DNA of 52,678 nt, taken from a virus (lineage: Duplodnaviria; Caudoviricetes). The stretch covers positions 1 to 52,678 of IMG/VR virus record IMGVR_UViG_3300034068_000495. One strand, written 5' to 3'. Made by a program: the position numbers and the translations under genes. Under the pieces are notes generated by a model. It had not been told where the DNA came from, made no database searches, and worked only from the letters and a program-made list of their open reading frames with translations. The number at the start of each line of letters is the position of its first letter. Position 1 is the stretch's first letter. This document shows positions 36,096 through 43,573 of the stretch, one piece after another.

Positions 36096-38536
36096 GCGGT
36101 GAGTGCCTGTAGCTGCGCGTTGGTGAGGCGGGAGGGGTAGTAGGTAAGGGTGCGGATGTAGCCCGTGAAGACATTTGAGCCACTGACGTTCTGGCTGCCA
36201 ATACTCATCCGGTCGGGGGATGGCAGAGTGCCTGATGTGTCGGTAAGTACCGTGCCGCCGTTCGCGCATCCGGCAAAATCGTTTGTCCGGTAGGCATATG
36301 CAATCTTGCGGACGTTGGCGTTTCCAAGGGTCATTGCATCTTGGAACGACACCTGAGAGACACCGAGAACAGAAGTACCCTCGTTCCAACCGGGGCCGTA
36401 GCCCGCAGACAAAATTAGCTGGTGGTTAGAGGTAGACGCCGCCGAACTGTCGATCTCATACACGAATGGAAATGCGCTACCGCCCGTCGAACTGACGCCA
36501 TTCGTGATTGCAACAAACTGCGGGATAATCGTCCCCTCGCTCTGGTTGTACCAGCTTGAGAAGTTCGTACCCGTCATCGACGCGATGTCAGCCGCGCGTG
36601 TGACCGTGGAGGCTACGGTGGGGATGTAGCTGGTGGCGAACGCACCGGTTTCTGATTGAGCGCCCCACAACAAAATTGTGGCGCTGGACGCAAAGGCCTC
36701 AAGACGCGCCGAAGAAATGCTGGAAACAATGGCAAAGCGCAGACCAGTCGCCGCTGCGTTGGTTGTTGTCATTACGCAACGATACCAACCGTTATTAAAA
36801 GCGGTAATCGATGCAGTCGTTCCGGTCCCAAAGGCGGCGCTCGTTGCAGCACTTAGATTAAAGTTTGCGTATGGATCGGCAGTGCCACCCACAGCTATCT
36901 GAAAAAAGTTTCCTGTCCCAGCTTTGACAAATACAGATATGGTCTTAGCACCTACGGCATCAGAAGCGTTCAGCGAATGCGTGTTTACTGTGCCGTCTGC
37001 CGTAATGGTGTCTGCGTTTGCCGTGCCGTCAGGCGAGGTCGTAGTGTTGGCAGTTACAGTGACAAAGATGTTTTGCCACGACGGCGCGTTGTTAAACTGA
37101 TCGCTGTACAGCACCAAGTTGACCCGCTGCTCCTCGATCAGCAGGCCGTTGGGCGCAAGTGTGACGGGGTTGTAGTCGAAGCGCGGGCCGTAGTAGGCCG
37201 TGCTGGTCGGTGCCGCGCCGGGGTTGTAGACGTAAGGGTCGACGCTGGCAGAGTTGGAAAGCTGCGCGCCCCAGAGGAACAGGCCGGACGTACCGTTGCC
37301 CGTGTAGCTAATGGTCACGCCTGTGCTGACTAAGTTAAAGTCGACAAAGATAGACGTATTAGCGCCACCGAGTATCAATGTGTAACTGCAACGATACCAT
37401 CCGTTGCCAGCGTCTTGAATTGTTGCCGATCCTCCGGAAGCACCGCCAGAGCCGGCATTTGCGCTTACAACAGTTCCCGCTGATAAATCAAATACCGCGT
37501 TGCCTTGCCTTACGAATGTAGGCGACTCAGCCACACCAACATAAACCCTCGTCCGCTCTGCGGCCTTGGCGAAGAATGAAACCGTGTACGAGCCTGTGTT
37601 AGTCGTGCTTGCAGCAGTCCCATAAAAACGGTGTTGACCGGTGCTGCTGTCCTCTACAAGTTTGTCTGCGGTGGTTGAGCCATTGGGTGCCGCAGTGGCG
37701 TCCGGACTGATAGTCGCGCCTGCCTTTGTCCAGTAGGCGTTATTAAACTCCTCCGTGAAGCCGAACAGATTGGGTGGGCTGGTGCTGTTATACGTCGAGG
37801 GCAGCGTCTGGTAGGTGACTTGCTCAAGCTGCGCGCCCCAAGCAAGAACGCCATCGGTGCCGTTGCCTGCCCAGTTAAACTGATTGTCGGCACTTTGCGC
37901 ATAAACATCACCACCGAAGGAAGCGGTGCTGCCAGCAGCGCGCAGCGCAGAGCAGCGAAACCAACCATTGCCGACACTCTCAATAGCGGTGTTAAGCATT
38001 CCAGTGGTGGTGGCGATTGCACCCGTCAAAACATTAAAAAAAGCAACCCCGCCGCCCGCCGCGTTCCCAAAGCTCAAACGAATAAAGTTGTACCCATCTG
38101 CCTTTGCGTAAACCGAAAAAACGTAAAGGTTGCCAGCCGAGACCGTTCCAACCCCTGCGGAAGCTTGATGCCCTCCGATTGTCGTATTAGGTATCAACTT
38201 GTCGGCGGTAGCTGTGCCGTTAGGCGCAACAGATGTATTAGCACTAACGCTAAGGTTGTTTTTACCCCAACTCGCGTTATCAAACGCCTCGCTGTTCGTC
38301 ACCAGATTATTCGGCGCGTAGGTCACCCGCCCGGTGCTATCGACCAGCGTGGCGTTCGTCGTGCGGCTGAACGTAACGCGCGGGTCGAGGGTGTTGCTGG
38401 TCAGGAAGTCCAGCGACAGCGACGAGCCGTCTCCCGTGATGAGACCGGACGCGCCGCCCCACAGGCCCGGTACGCCCTTGTACAGGCCGACGCCGAGCGC
38501 GAGGCCGGATACGCCGCTGTAGAGGCCTGTGCTCAC
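36092..38536 (-). CDS. Head/tail fibre with three repeated carbohydrate-binding-like domains and lectin-like C-terminus
   Basis: 3x NL...SE.F.N..W..APNGT.TAD..S.[FY]AKA..NGW[FY]RC..WGAQ; GLLIEEQRVN; TSYIPT..TRAAD. Confidence 0.8.
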   Translation of the reverse strand: MSTGLYSGVSGLALGVGLYKGVPGLWGGASGLITGDGSSLSLDFLTSNTLDPRVTFSRTTNATLVDSTGRVTYAPNNLVTNSEAFDNASWGKNNLSVSANTSVAPNGTATADKLIPNTTIGGHQASAGVGTVSAGNLYVFSVYAKADGYNFIRLSFGNAAGGGVAFFNVLTGAIATTTGMLNTAIESVGNGWFRCSALRAAGSTASFGGDVYAQSADNQFNWAGNGTDGVLAWGAQLEQVTYQTLPSTYNSTSPPNLFGFTEEFNNAYWTKAGATISPDATAAPNGSTTADKLVEDSSTGQHRFYGTAASTTNTGSYTVSFFAKAAERTRVYVGVAESPTFVRQGNAVFDLSAGTVVSANAGSGGASGGSATIQDAGNGWYRCSYTLILGGANTSIFVDFNLVSTGVTISYTGNGTSGLFLWGAQLSNSASVDPYVYNPGAAPTSTAYYGPRFDYNPVTLAPNGLLIEEQRVNLVLYSDQFNNAPSWQNIFVTVTANTTTSPDGTANADTITADGTVNTHSLNASDAVGAKTISVFVKAGTGNFFQIAVGGTADPYANFNLSAATSAAFGTGTTASITAFNNGWYRCVMTTTNAAATGLRFAIVSSISSARLEAFASSATILLWGAQSETGAFATSYIPTVASTVTRAADIASMTGTNFSSWYNQSEGTIIPQFVAITNGVSSTGGSAFPFVYEIDSSAASTSNHQLILSAGYGPGWNEGTSVLGVSQVSFQDAMTLGNANVRKIAYAYRTNDFAGCANGGTVLTDTSGTLPSPDRMSIGSQNVSGSNVFTGYIRTLTYYPSRLTNAQLQALTA

Positions 38537-38538
38537 CC

Positions 38539-39174
38539 CTACGCCCTGTTATCGCCGGACTGGATGACGGTGAGGGTCGCGGTGCCCGTGCCGCTGGTGA
38601 TCAACAGCCGGACGGCCGCCGGCACGTATGCGTAGTTGCCCTGCCGGTTGATAGTCTGTGCGACCATGTTCGGGTCAGGGTGGCTGAACCACGTCGGGTT
38701 CGCGATATCCCACATGCTGTCGAGGGTCTGCTGCACCGTCCACGTCACGCTGCCGCTGACGACCACCTGAAGGGACACGTCCGGCCTGCCGTGGATGTCG
38801 AGAACCAGCGGCAAGGCCACACCAGCGGTGCCGAAGCCGACGCGAATTGTGCCGACCGTGCCGCCACCGGCCACCGAGACGTCCGTGACGGTCTTGAAGT
38901 ACCGCGTGGTCGAGATCGTGGTGGTGTTGGGGCCGGTGACTGTCTCAGTCATCGCCACGCCCGAAGAGTTGGTTCCGGTAACCACGTAAGTGCGCGTGCT
39001 GTCGTTGCCCGTGGATGTCACGGTGACAAGGTACGCGGCGTTGAAGACGGCGACGCCTGCAACGACGTTCGCGCCGTTGAGGGTCAGTGCTCCGGCAGTG
39101 CCCCTCGTTTGGTCAAGGCACACGGCGTTATTCACGGCCGCGCTTAACTGGAGACTTTCGATAATCTGACGCAT
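38539..39174 (-). CDS. Virion structural protein (211 aa)
   Basis: Thr/Val/Gly-rich beta protein downstream of capsid genes. Confidence 0.7.
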   Translation of the reverse strand: MRQIIESLQLSAAVNNAVCLDQTRGTAGALTLNGANVVAGVAVFNAAYLVTVTSTGNDSTRTYVVTGTNSSGVAMTETVTGPNTTTISTTRYFKTVTDVSVAGGGTVGTIRVGFGTAGVALPLVLDIHGRPDVSLQVVVSGSVTWTVQQTLDSMWDIANPTWFSHPDPNMVAQTINRQGNYAYVPAAVRLLITSGTGTATLTVIQSGDNRA

Positions 39175-39193
39175 CTCATGTTCCTCGGTAATC

Positions 39194-39247
39194 GGGGACT
39201 GCCCGAGGACAGTCCCCTCTTATACCACCGCTCGCGCGGATAGTCAT
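39194..39247 (-). promoter_or_regulatory. Sigma70-type promoter followed by 5' hairpin
   Basis: Minus strand ATGACT-17 nt-TATAAG (39247-39219), then GGGGACTGTCC-TC-GGGCAGTCCCC. Confidence 0.5.
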
Positions 39248-39690
39248 CAGTCCTGTGCGGTTGTCTGCACGTACTGGATGGTGACACGCACCTGCCCAGC
39301 CGTGGGCTGACCCACAGAAGTGACGGTGCCAAACAACGTCACGTTCGTGCCGATGTTGGCCATCGCAGTGCACTGCGCGGCCGTGTGGCTGGTCGTGTTG
39401 CGACCGCCCGTCTTGGCGTTGACACTGGTGACGTACTGCGTTCCCGCAGCAGCCGTGCCGACGGTCAGCGTCGCCGAGGTGGCGCTGTTGTACGGCACGA
39501 GCGTGTCGGCGTAGATCTCCACGATCTGCGAACTTGCAGGCATGATGATCGAACCGGTCTGCACCAGCGTGGCGTCGAAGGTGACCAAGAACGTCTGCGA
39601 CAGGATAACCTGTCCGATGTTCGGGCCGCCGTCGGCGCCGGCAGGCTTGTCGCCCGACTGGAGCGGGCCGCTCCATGTAGTCTGAGACAT
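39247..39690 (-). CDS. Capsid decoration/cement-like protein
   Basis: MSQTTWSGP..PASSQIVEI..ATLTVGT..TAGQVRVTIQY; follows MCP. Confidence 0.65.
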   Translation of the reverse strand: MSQTTWSGPLQSGDKPAGADGGPNIGQVILSQTFLVTFDATLVQTGSIIMPASSQIVEIYADTLVPYNSATSATLTVGTAAAGTQYVTSVNAKTGGRNTTSHTAAQCTAMANIGTNVTLFGTVTSVGQPTAGQVRVTIQYVQTTAQD

Positions 39691-39714
39691 CTGTTTTCTC
39701 CTTCAGAGAAGAGA

Positions 39715-39732
39715 GGGGGGCCGAAGCCCCCC
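39715..39732 (-). terminator. cUUCGg hairpin after major capsid gene
   Basis: GGGGGGC-TTCG-GCCCCCC then pyrimidine tract on minus strand. Confidence 0.65.
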
Positions 39733-39739
39733 GCTCAGG

Positions 39740-40654
39740 TTAGATGCCCGGCGTACCGTACACGCCGCGCGGATCGGTCCAACCGAACGCGTAACGCTCG
39801 GTGGCCTTGTAGCGCATGCTGTCGGTTTCGAAGTCGCCTTCCATTGACTTCTCAAGGCCGCGACGCATCGCGAGCTTGAGACCCTCGGGCGCATCGGTCT
39901 GTACCCACCATGCGGTGGTCGAGGTGATACGCGAGAGGTTGGCCTGACCGCCGTCCAAAAGACCCATGCTTTTCACAGGGTTAATGTCGTTGTTTGCGGT
40001 ACCGGCACGCAGAACAGACTTGAGGAGAACCTCACCCTGAAATACGTTCGAAGGGCCAAGAACCAGCTTCTTCGGCGTCAAGCGAATGCGCTTGCCGTTG
40101 TTGTCCACCGCGTTGCGGATCTGGACGAGAAGCTGCTCCAGCGAGGTCTGCGACAGGTTTGCGGCCGTCGAGAGCTTGTTGGAGAATGTGCCGTTGGCAA
40201 TCGGGTGATTGGTGGCCACCAGCTCAACGCCGTCGCCGCCAGCATAAGCTGCCGTGAACGAACGGTTGAGGATGTTGGCGCCAAGGGTTTCCTTGGTTTC
40301 AATCAGCGACTGGGCGAGGTGACGTGCATAGGTCTGACCGATGCGGATGTGATCACCATCTTCGACAAGAACCTTGGTCAGGGCGAATGCCAGACCGTAG
40401 ACCTTGTACAGGTAGCGCTGAATGAACAGGACGCCGCCCGACTGGTAGGTGACCGGCATGCCATCTGGCAGTTCCGGTGCAGCGCCGAACCCGTACAGGA
40501 CAGGCTCTTCATGGTAGTTCCGGGGGATACCCTTGAACTCCTTGAATACCTGCGCCCACTCATCGGCACGCTGGTCGTAGATACCGTTGAACTCTTCATT
40601 AAGAATAGGCTCAACGATGGAGCGGAAGTCTGTACTCCGCATTGGATTAGCCAT
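39740..40654 (-). CDS. Major capsid protein
   Basis: GFGAAP..G, ILNR.F...GGDG..L...HP, DFETDSMRYKATERYAFGWTDPRG.YG.PG; downstream hairpin. Confidence 0.88.
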   Translation of the reverse strand: MANPMRSTDFRSIVEPILNEEFNGIYDQRADEWAQVFKEFKGIPRNYHEEPVLYGFGAAPELPDGMPVTYQSGGVLFIQRYLYKVYGLAFALTKVLVEDGDHIRIGQTYARHLAQSLIETKETLGANILNRSFTAAYAGGDGVELVATNHPIANGTFSNKLSTAANLSQTSLEQLLVQIRNAVDNNGKRIRLTPKKLVLGPSNVFQGEVLLKSVLRAGTANNDINPVKSMGLLDGGQANLSRITSTTAWWVQTDAPEGLKLAMRRGLEKSMEGDFETDSMRYKATERYAFGWTDPRGVYGTPGI

Positions 40655-40668
40655 TGTTCAAGCCCTCC

Positions 40669-41223
40669 TTAGTAAGCGGCGATGTTGGCAGTGTTCTGGT
40701 GCTCAGAAATCTGAACCAGAGCATTGACATACGTGTCGCCGAAGTTGTTGTCCGGACCGGGGACGATACCAATCAGGCGGAGGCCTGCGTTGGTGGCGGA
40801 AGATGCGACGTTCAGCGACTGCGACGACAGACCGGTGGTCGTGTTGCCGGCAGCGGCCGAGAAGTCGTACTGCTTGCCGACATCGGCAACAGCCAGAGCA
40901 GCGTTGCTCTGGATCTGGTACGTGATCGTCTGGTCGATGGTCACATACGTGACGATCTCAGTAGCCACGGTGCCCGTGGTCCACTTGTTGGAGATGCGGC
41001 GACGCTGGTCGCTGTCGGTCCATTCGACGCCCTGAAAGGTGCCGATGAACGCATCGCCAGCGGCGGCGACGACGATGGTTCCATCCGTCGGGTCGACTTT
41101 GACCGGCTGGTTCTGGAAGATGTTCGCGGCGTATCCCGAGGTGCAAGTCATCGCGAACGGGCGAACGGTGCCCGACGGATGGTTTACTGGGATAAGGCCG
41201 TAGGGGGATGCAGTGCTTGGCAT
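40669..41223 (-). CDS. Minor capsid / decoration protein
   Basis: PYGL.PV, IFQ..PVK, IG.FQG.EW; immediately before MCP. Confidence 0.7.
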   Translation of the reverse strand: MPSTASPYGLIPVNHPSGTVRPFAMTCTSGYAANIFQNQPVKVDPTDGTIVVAAAGDAFIGTFQGVEWTDSDQRRRISNKWTTGTVATEIVTYVTIDQTITYQIQSNAALAVADVGKQYDFSAAAGNTTTGLSSQSLNVASSATNAGLRLIGIVPGPDNNFGDTYVNALVQISEHQNTANIAAY

Positions 41224-41258
41224 GTCCTATTTCCTTAAAAAGTTTATTGCGAGGTGCC

Positions 41259-41801
41259 TTAGCTGAAAGCTGCCAGCCTCGGCGCGGCTTGACGAAAATC
41301 ATCCATACCGTCCCCTTCAATGAGCCGACTGCCGGACTGCTCGGCCTGCGCGCGGATGCTATCCGCAACTTCGGCGAGCTTATCCTCTTCACGCAACGGA
41401 GCGTCGTAGTGAGCTTCCTTCATGAACCTCTGATAGAGGCTCTCGGGCAGCTTAAACGCGAGCATCTCGTTGACCGCGATCATACCGACGTATTCGCCGG
41501 TCTTGACCGAGGCATGAGCCATCCCGGGAACTTCTTCTGCCTTAACCGGCTCGTAACCGAGCTGGATGCGGCGATGAATTGGATCGCGCGGGTTGGTCGT
41601 GGTGAGCCAGCACACATGATATCCGGGTAGATCCGGTAGATCAGGAAGTGCGTCGTTAAATAGTTGAGCCCGGAACATCTCAAGTCGTTCGTCATCGCTG
41701 ACCTCGCGGCTTTCGGTGACCTGCCGGTCATCCATTCCACGAGAGCGCCGAGCAACACCCGGTTCCTTCTTCAAGCGGTCGTCCATACGATCATCATTCA
41801 T
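41259..41801 (-). CDS. Conserved head-module protein (180 aa)
   Basis: PGYH.CW..GYEPV..ML.FKLP. Confidence 0.7.
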   Translation of the reverse strand: MNDDRMDDRLKKEPGVARRSRGMDDRQVTESREVSDDERLEMFRAQLFNDALPDLPDLPGYHVCWLTTTNPRDPIHRRIQLGYEPVKAEEVPGMAHASVKTGEYVGMIAVNEMLAFKLPESLYQRFMKEAHYDAPLREEDKLAEVADSIRAQAEQSGSRLIEGDGMDDFRQAAPRLAAFS

Positions 41802-41815
41802 GTTGGCATACTCCT

Positions 41816-42745
41816 TTAGTTAGCCGAACCGTTTTTGTCGTAGGCCTGATACGCCTTGAGCATTTGGTTGCGACGTGAAACGTCGTCCCATATGCCCGCC
41901 TCGATCATAGCCTGCTTACGTTCGGGTGTCACGTAGATTTCTTTGCGGGTGGAAGTCGGTGCGTGTTCGCGCGTCTGGCCCTGCGGAGGGGCCTTGCGGC
42001 GCGGCGCGCCGGCAGCCGGCGCCTCGTCCGCAGAACCACCCACGCGGGACGCCACGCGGCGCGTCAGCTCTTCCCAATAGCTCCGCGTCGTCGGGTCGTA
42101 CCCGGCCGCCGTGAGGCTGTTGTCAATCGCCTTGGTGACGGCGCTGTCCTCGTCGCGGCCCGATGGATCGTACCACGGGTTGGCCGAGAGCCACTCCTTG
42201 GCGTAGTTCACCGTGCGCGGATCTGGACCCGGGTTGGCGTGCTGCTGGCGGGCCTGCTCGACCTGCTGCTTCTGCTGCCAGAGCAGCGCCGCCTCGCGCT
42301 GCGCCTCGTCGCGCAGACGCATGGCCGTGGCCACGTCGTCACCGTTGCCGGCCTCGACGGCGCGGGCGATGATGCCCTCGGCCTGCCGCACTTCCTGCTG
42401 CACCTGCTGGAACCGCTGGTCGATGGCGCTGACGTTGCTGGCCAGCGTGTTGCCCTCGATGGCGGCCACGCGTCGCGCCAGTTCACCGTTCTGCTGGCGC
42501 AGCATCTCCAGTTCGCGCTGCGCGCTTTCCTTGGCGCGCTTCTGGATTTCGCGACGCTTGACGCGACGCTTGCGGCTCTGGCTCTCGACCTCGTCGTCAG
42601 TGTCGTCCTGACTGGCCGCGAGGCGTTCATCGTCGCCGTCATCATCATCCTCGGCGTCGTCTGCCTCGGCCTCGACGGGCACCTCAACGGGCGGCGTGCC
42701 CTCGATGATCTCGAACTCGTCTTCAGTTTCTGGTGTGTCAGCCAT
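41816..42745 (-). CDS. Scaffolding-like protein
   Basis: Acidic N-terminus, long coiled coil, W...NPWY; upstream of capsid genes. Confidence 0.7.
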   Translation of the reverse strand: MADTPETEDEFEIIEGTPPVEVPVEAEADDAEDDDDGDDERLAASQDDTDDEVESQSRKRRVKRREIQKRAKESAQRELEMLRQQNGELARRVAAIEGNTLASNVSAIDQRFQQVQQEVRQAEGIIARAVEAGNGDDVATAMRLRDEAQREAALLWQQKQQVEQARQQHANPGPDPRTVNYAKEWLSANPWYDPSGRDEDSAVTKAIDNSLTAAGYDPTTRSYWEELTRRVASRVGGSADEAPAAGAPRRKAPPQGQTREHAPTSTRKEIYVTPERKQAMIEAGIWDDVSRRNQMLKAYQAYDKNGSAN

Positions 42746-42789
42746 GACCGGCTCCTTTCAGCCTTATAGCGGCGGTTGCCGCTAGATCG

Positions 42790-43221
42790 TTAAACAAACG
42801 CCTTCACCGTCAGCGGATCGCCCGGCACTGCGCCGAGCAAGTCGAGATCGTTGAACAGCACGAACAGCACTTCGTCTTCGTTGTTTGGACCGTGCTTAAC
42901 TGTCCACTTGTCGCCGCCGTATTTTGGCGTGCGAACGAAGTCACCCGGCGCGGCCCACGAACCTTCGGGCCACGCTTCCTGCGTGTTGCGGTTTTTAAAC
43001 GCGAGGCTGCCCACGGCGATGACCTTGGCCACCTGCGTGTTCCACTGCTCGGTGTCCCGAGCGTCCTGCGTCAGGATGATGCCGCCGGCCGTCTTGCGCT
43101 TGGCAGAGCGGATCTGCACCAGCACGCGGCTGCCGAACGGCACAAAGTTTGGGTCGACTGAGGGAAACGCCTCGTCGATGTTACTGTACGCAAATGATAC
43201 TTGGTTGATGATGTCTGACAT
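42790..43221 (-). CDS. groES: Phage co-chaperonin GroES
   Basis: PFGSRVLV..KTAGGIIL..AKVIAVG..GD.V..KYGG..ND.DLL; GGAG before ATG 43221. Confidence 0.85.
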   Translation of the reverse strand: MSDIINQVSFAYSNIDEAFPSVDPNFVPFGSRVLVQIRSAKRKTAGGIILTQDARDTEQWNTQVAKVIAVGSLAFKNRNTQEAWPEGSWAAPGDFVRTPKYGGDKWTVKHGPNNEDEVLFVLFNDLDLLGAVPGDPLTVKAFV

Positions 43222-43243
43222 GGGTGCTCCATCCGTGTCGTTG

Positions 43244-43438
43244 TTATAGGTCAAAGCCTTTTCGCTCGTGCTCTTTGACCAGATCTATCAGCACGATCTT
43301 GGCGCGCTCGATGCCTGCGTACAGGCCGACAGCGCGTCCGAAGTCATATGCCTCTCGGCCCGAGGGTTGTTCCAGCGTCTCTCTAGCAAGCATGGCCTGC
43401 TCTTCCACCAGCCGCTGGAGCAGCATCTCGATCCTCAT
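43244..43438 (-). CDS. Small helical protein (64 aa)
   Basis: YDFGRAVG.YAGIERA; between portal and groES. Confidence 0.7.
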   Translation of the reverse strand: MRIEMLLQRLVEEQAMLARETLEQPSGREAYDFGRAVGLYAGIERAKIVLIDLVKEHERKGFDL

Positions 43439-43563
43439 GCAGGCGTCTTAGGCGACGTCGGCACCTTGGGCATGGTGCCCATGGCCATCTTCTTGTGCAT
43501 GGGGATGGCGTCTGCCGACACCTTGCCGCCCGGCGTCGCGCTCTTTGCGTTGTTCGTTGCCAC
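43435..43563 (-). CDS. Small protein (42 aa)
   Basis: AAGGAG then GTG; MATNNAKS..IPMHKKMAMG; ATGA overlap downstream. Confidence 0.6.
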   Translation of the reverse strand: MATNNAKSATPGGKVSADAIPMHKKMAMGTMPKVPTSPKTPA

Positions 43564-43573
43564 GTTCTTCTCC

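Noticed and set aside
22580-38536. Diversity-generating retroelement or invertible fibre cassette
   Set aside because: No reverse transcriptase or invertase seen, and fibre repeats differ mainly at synonymous sites rather than at adenines
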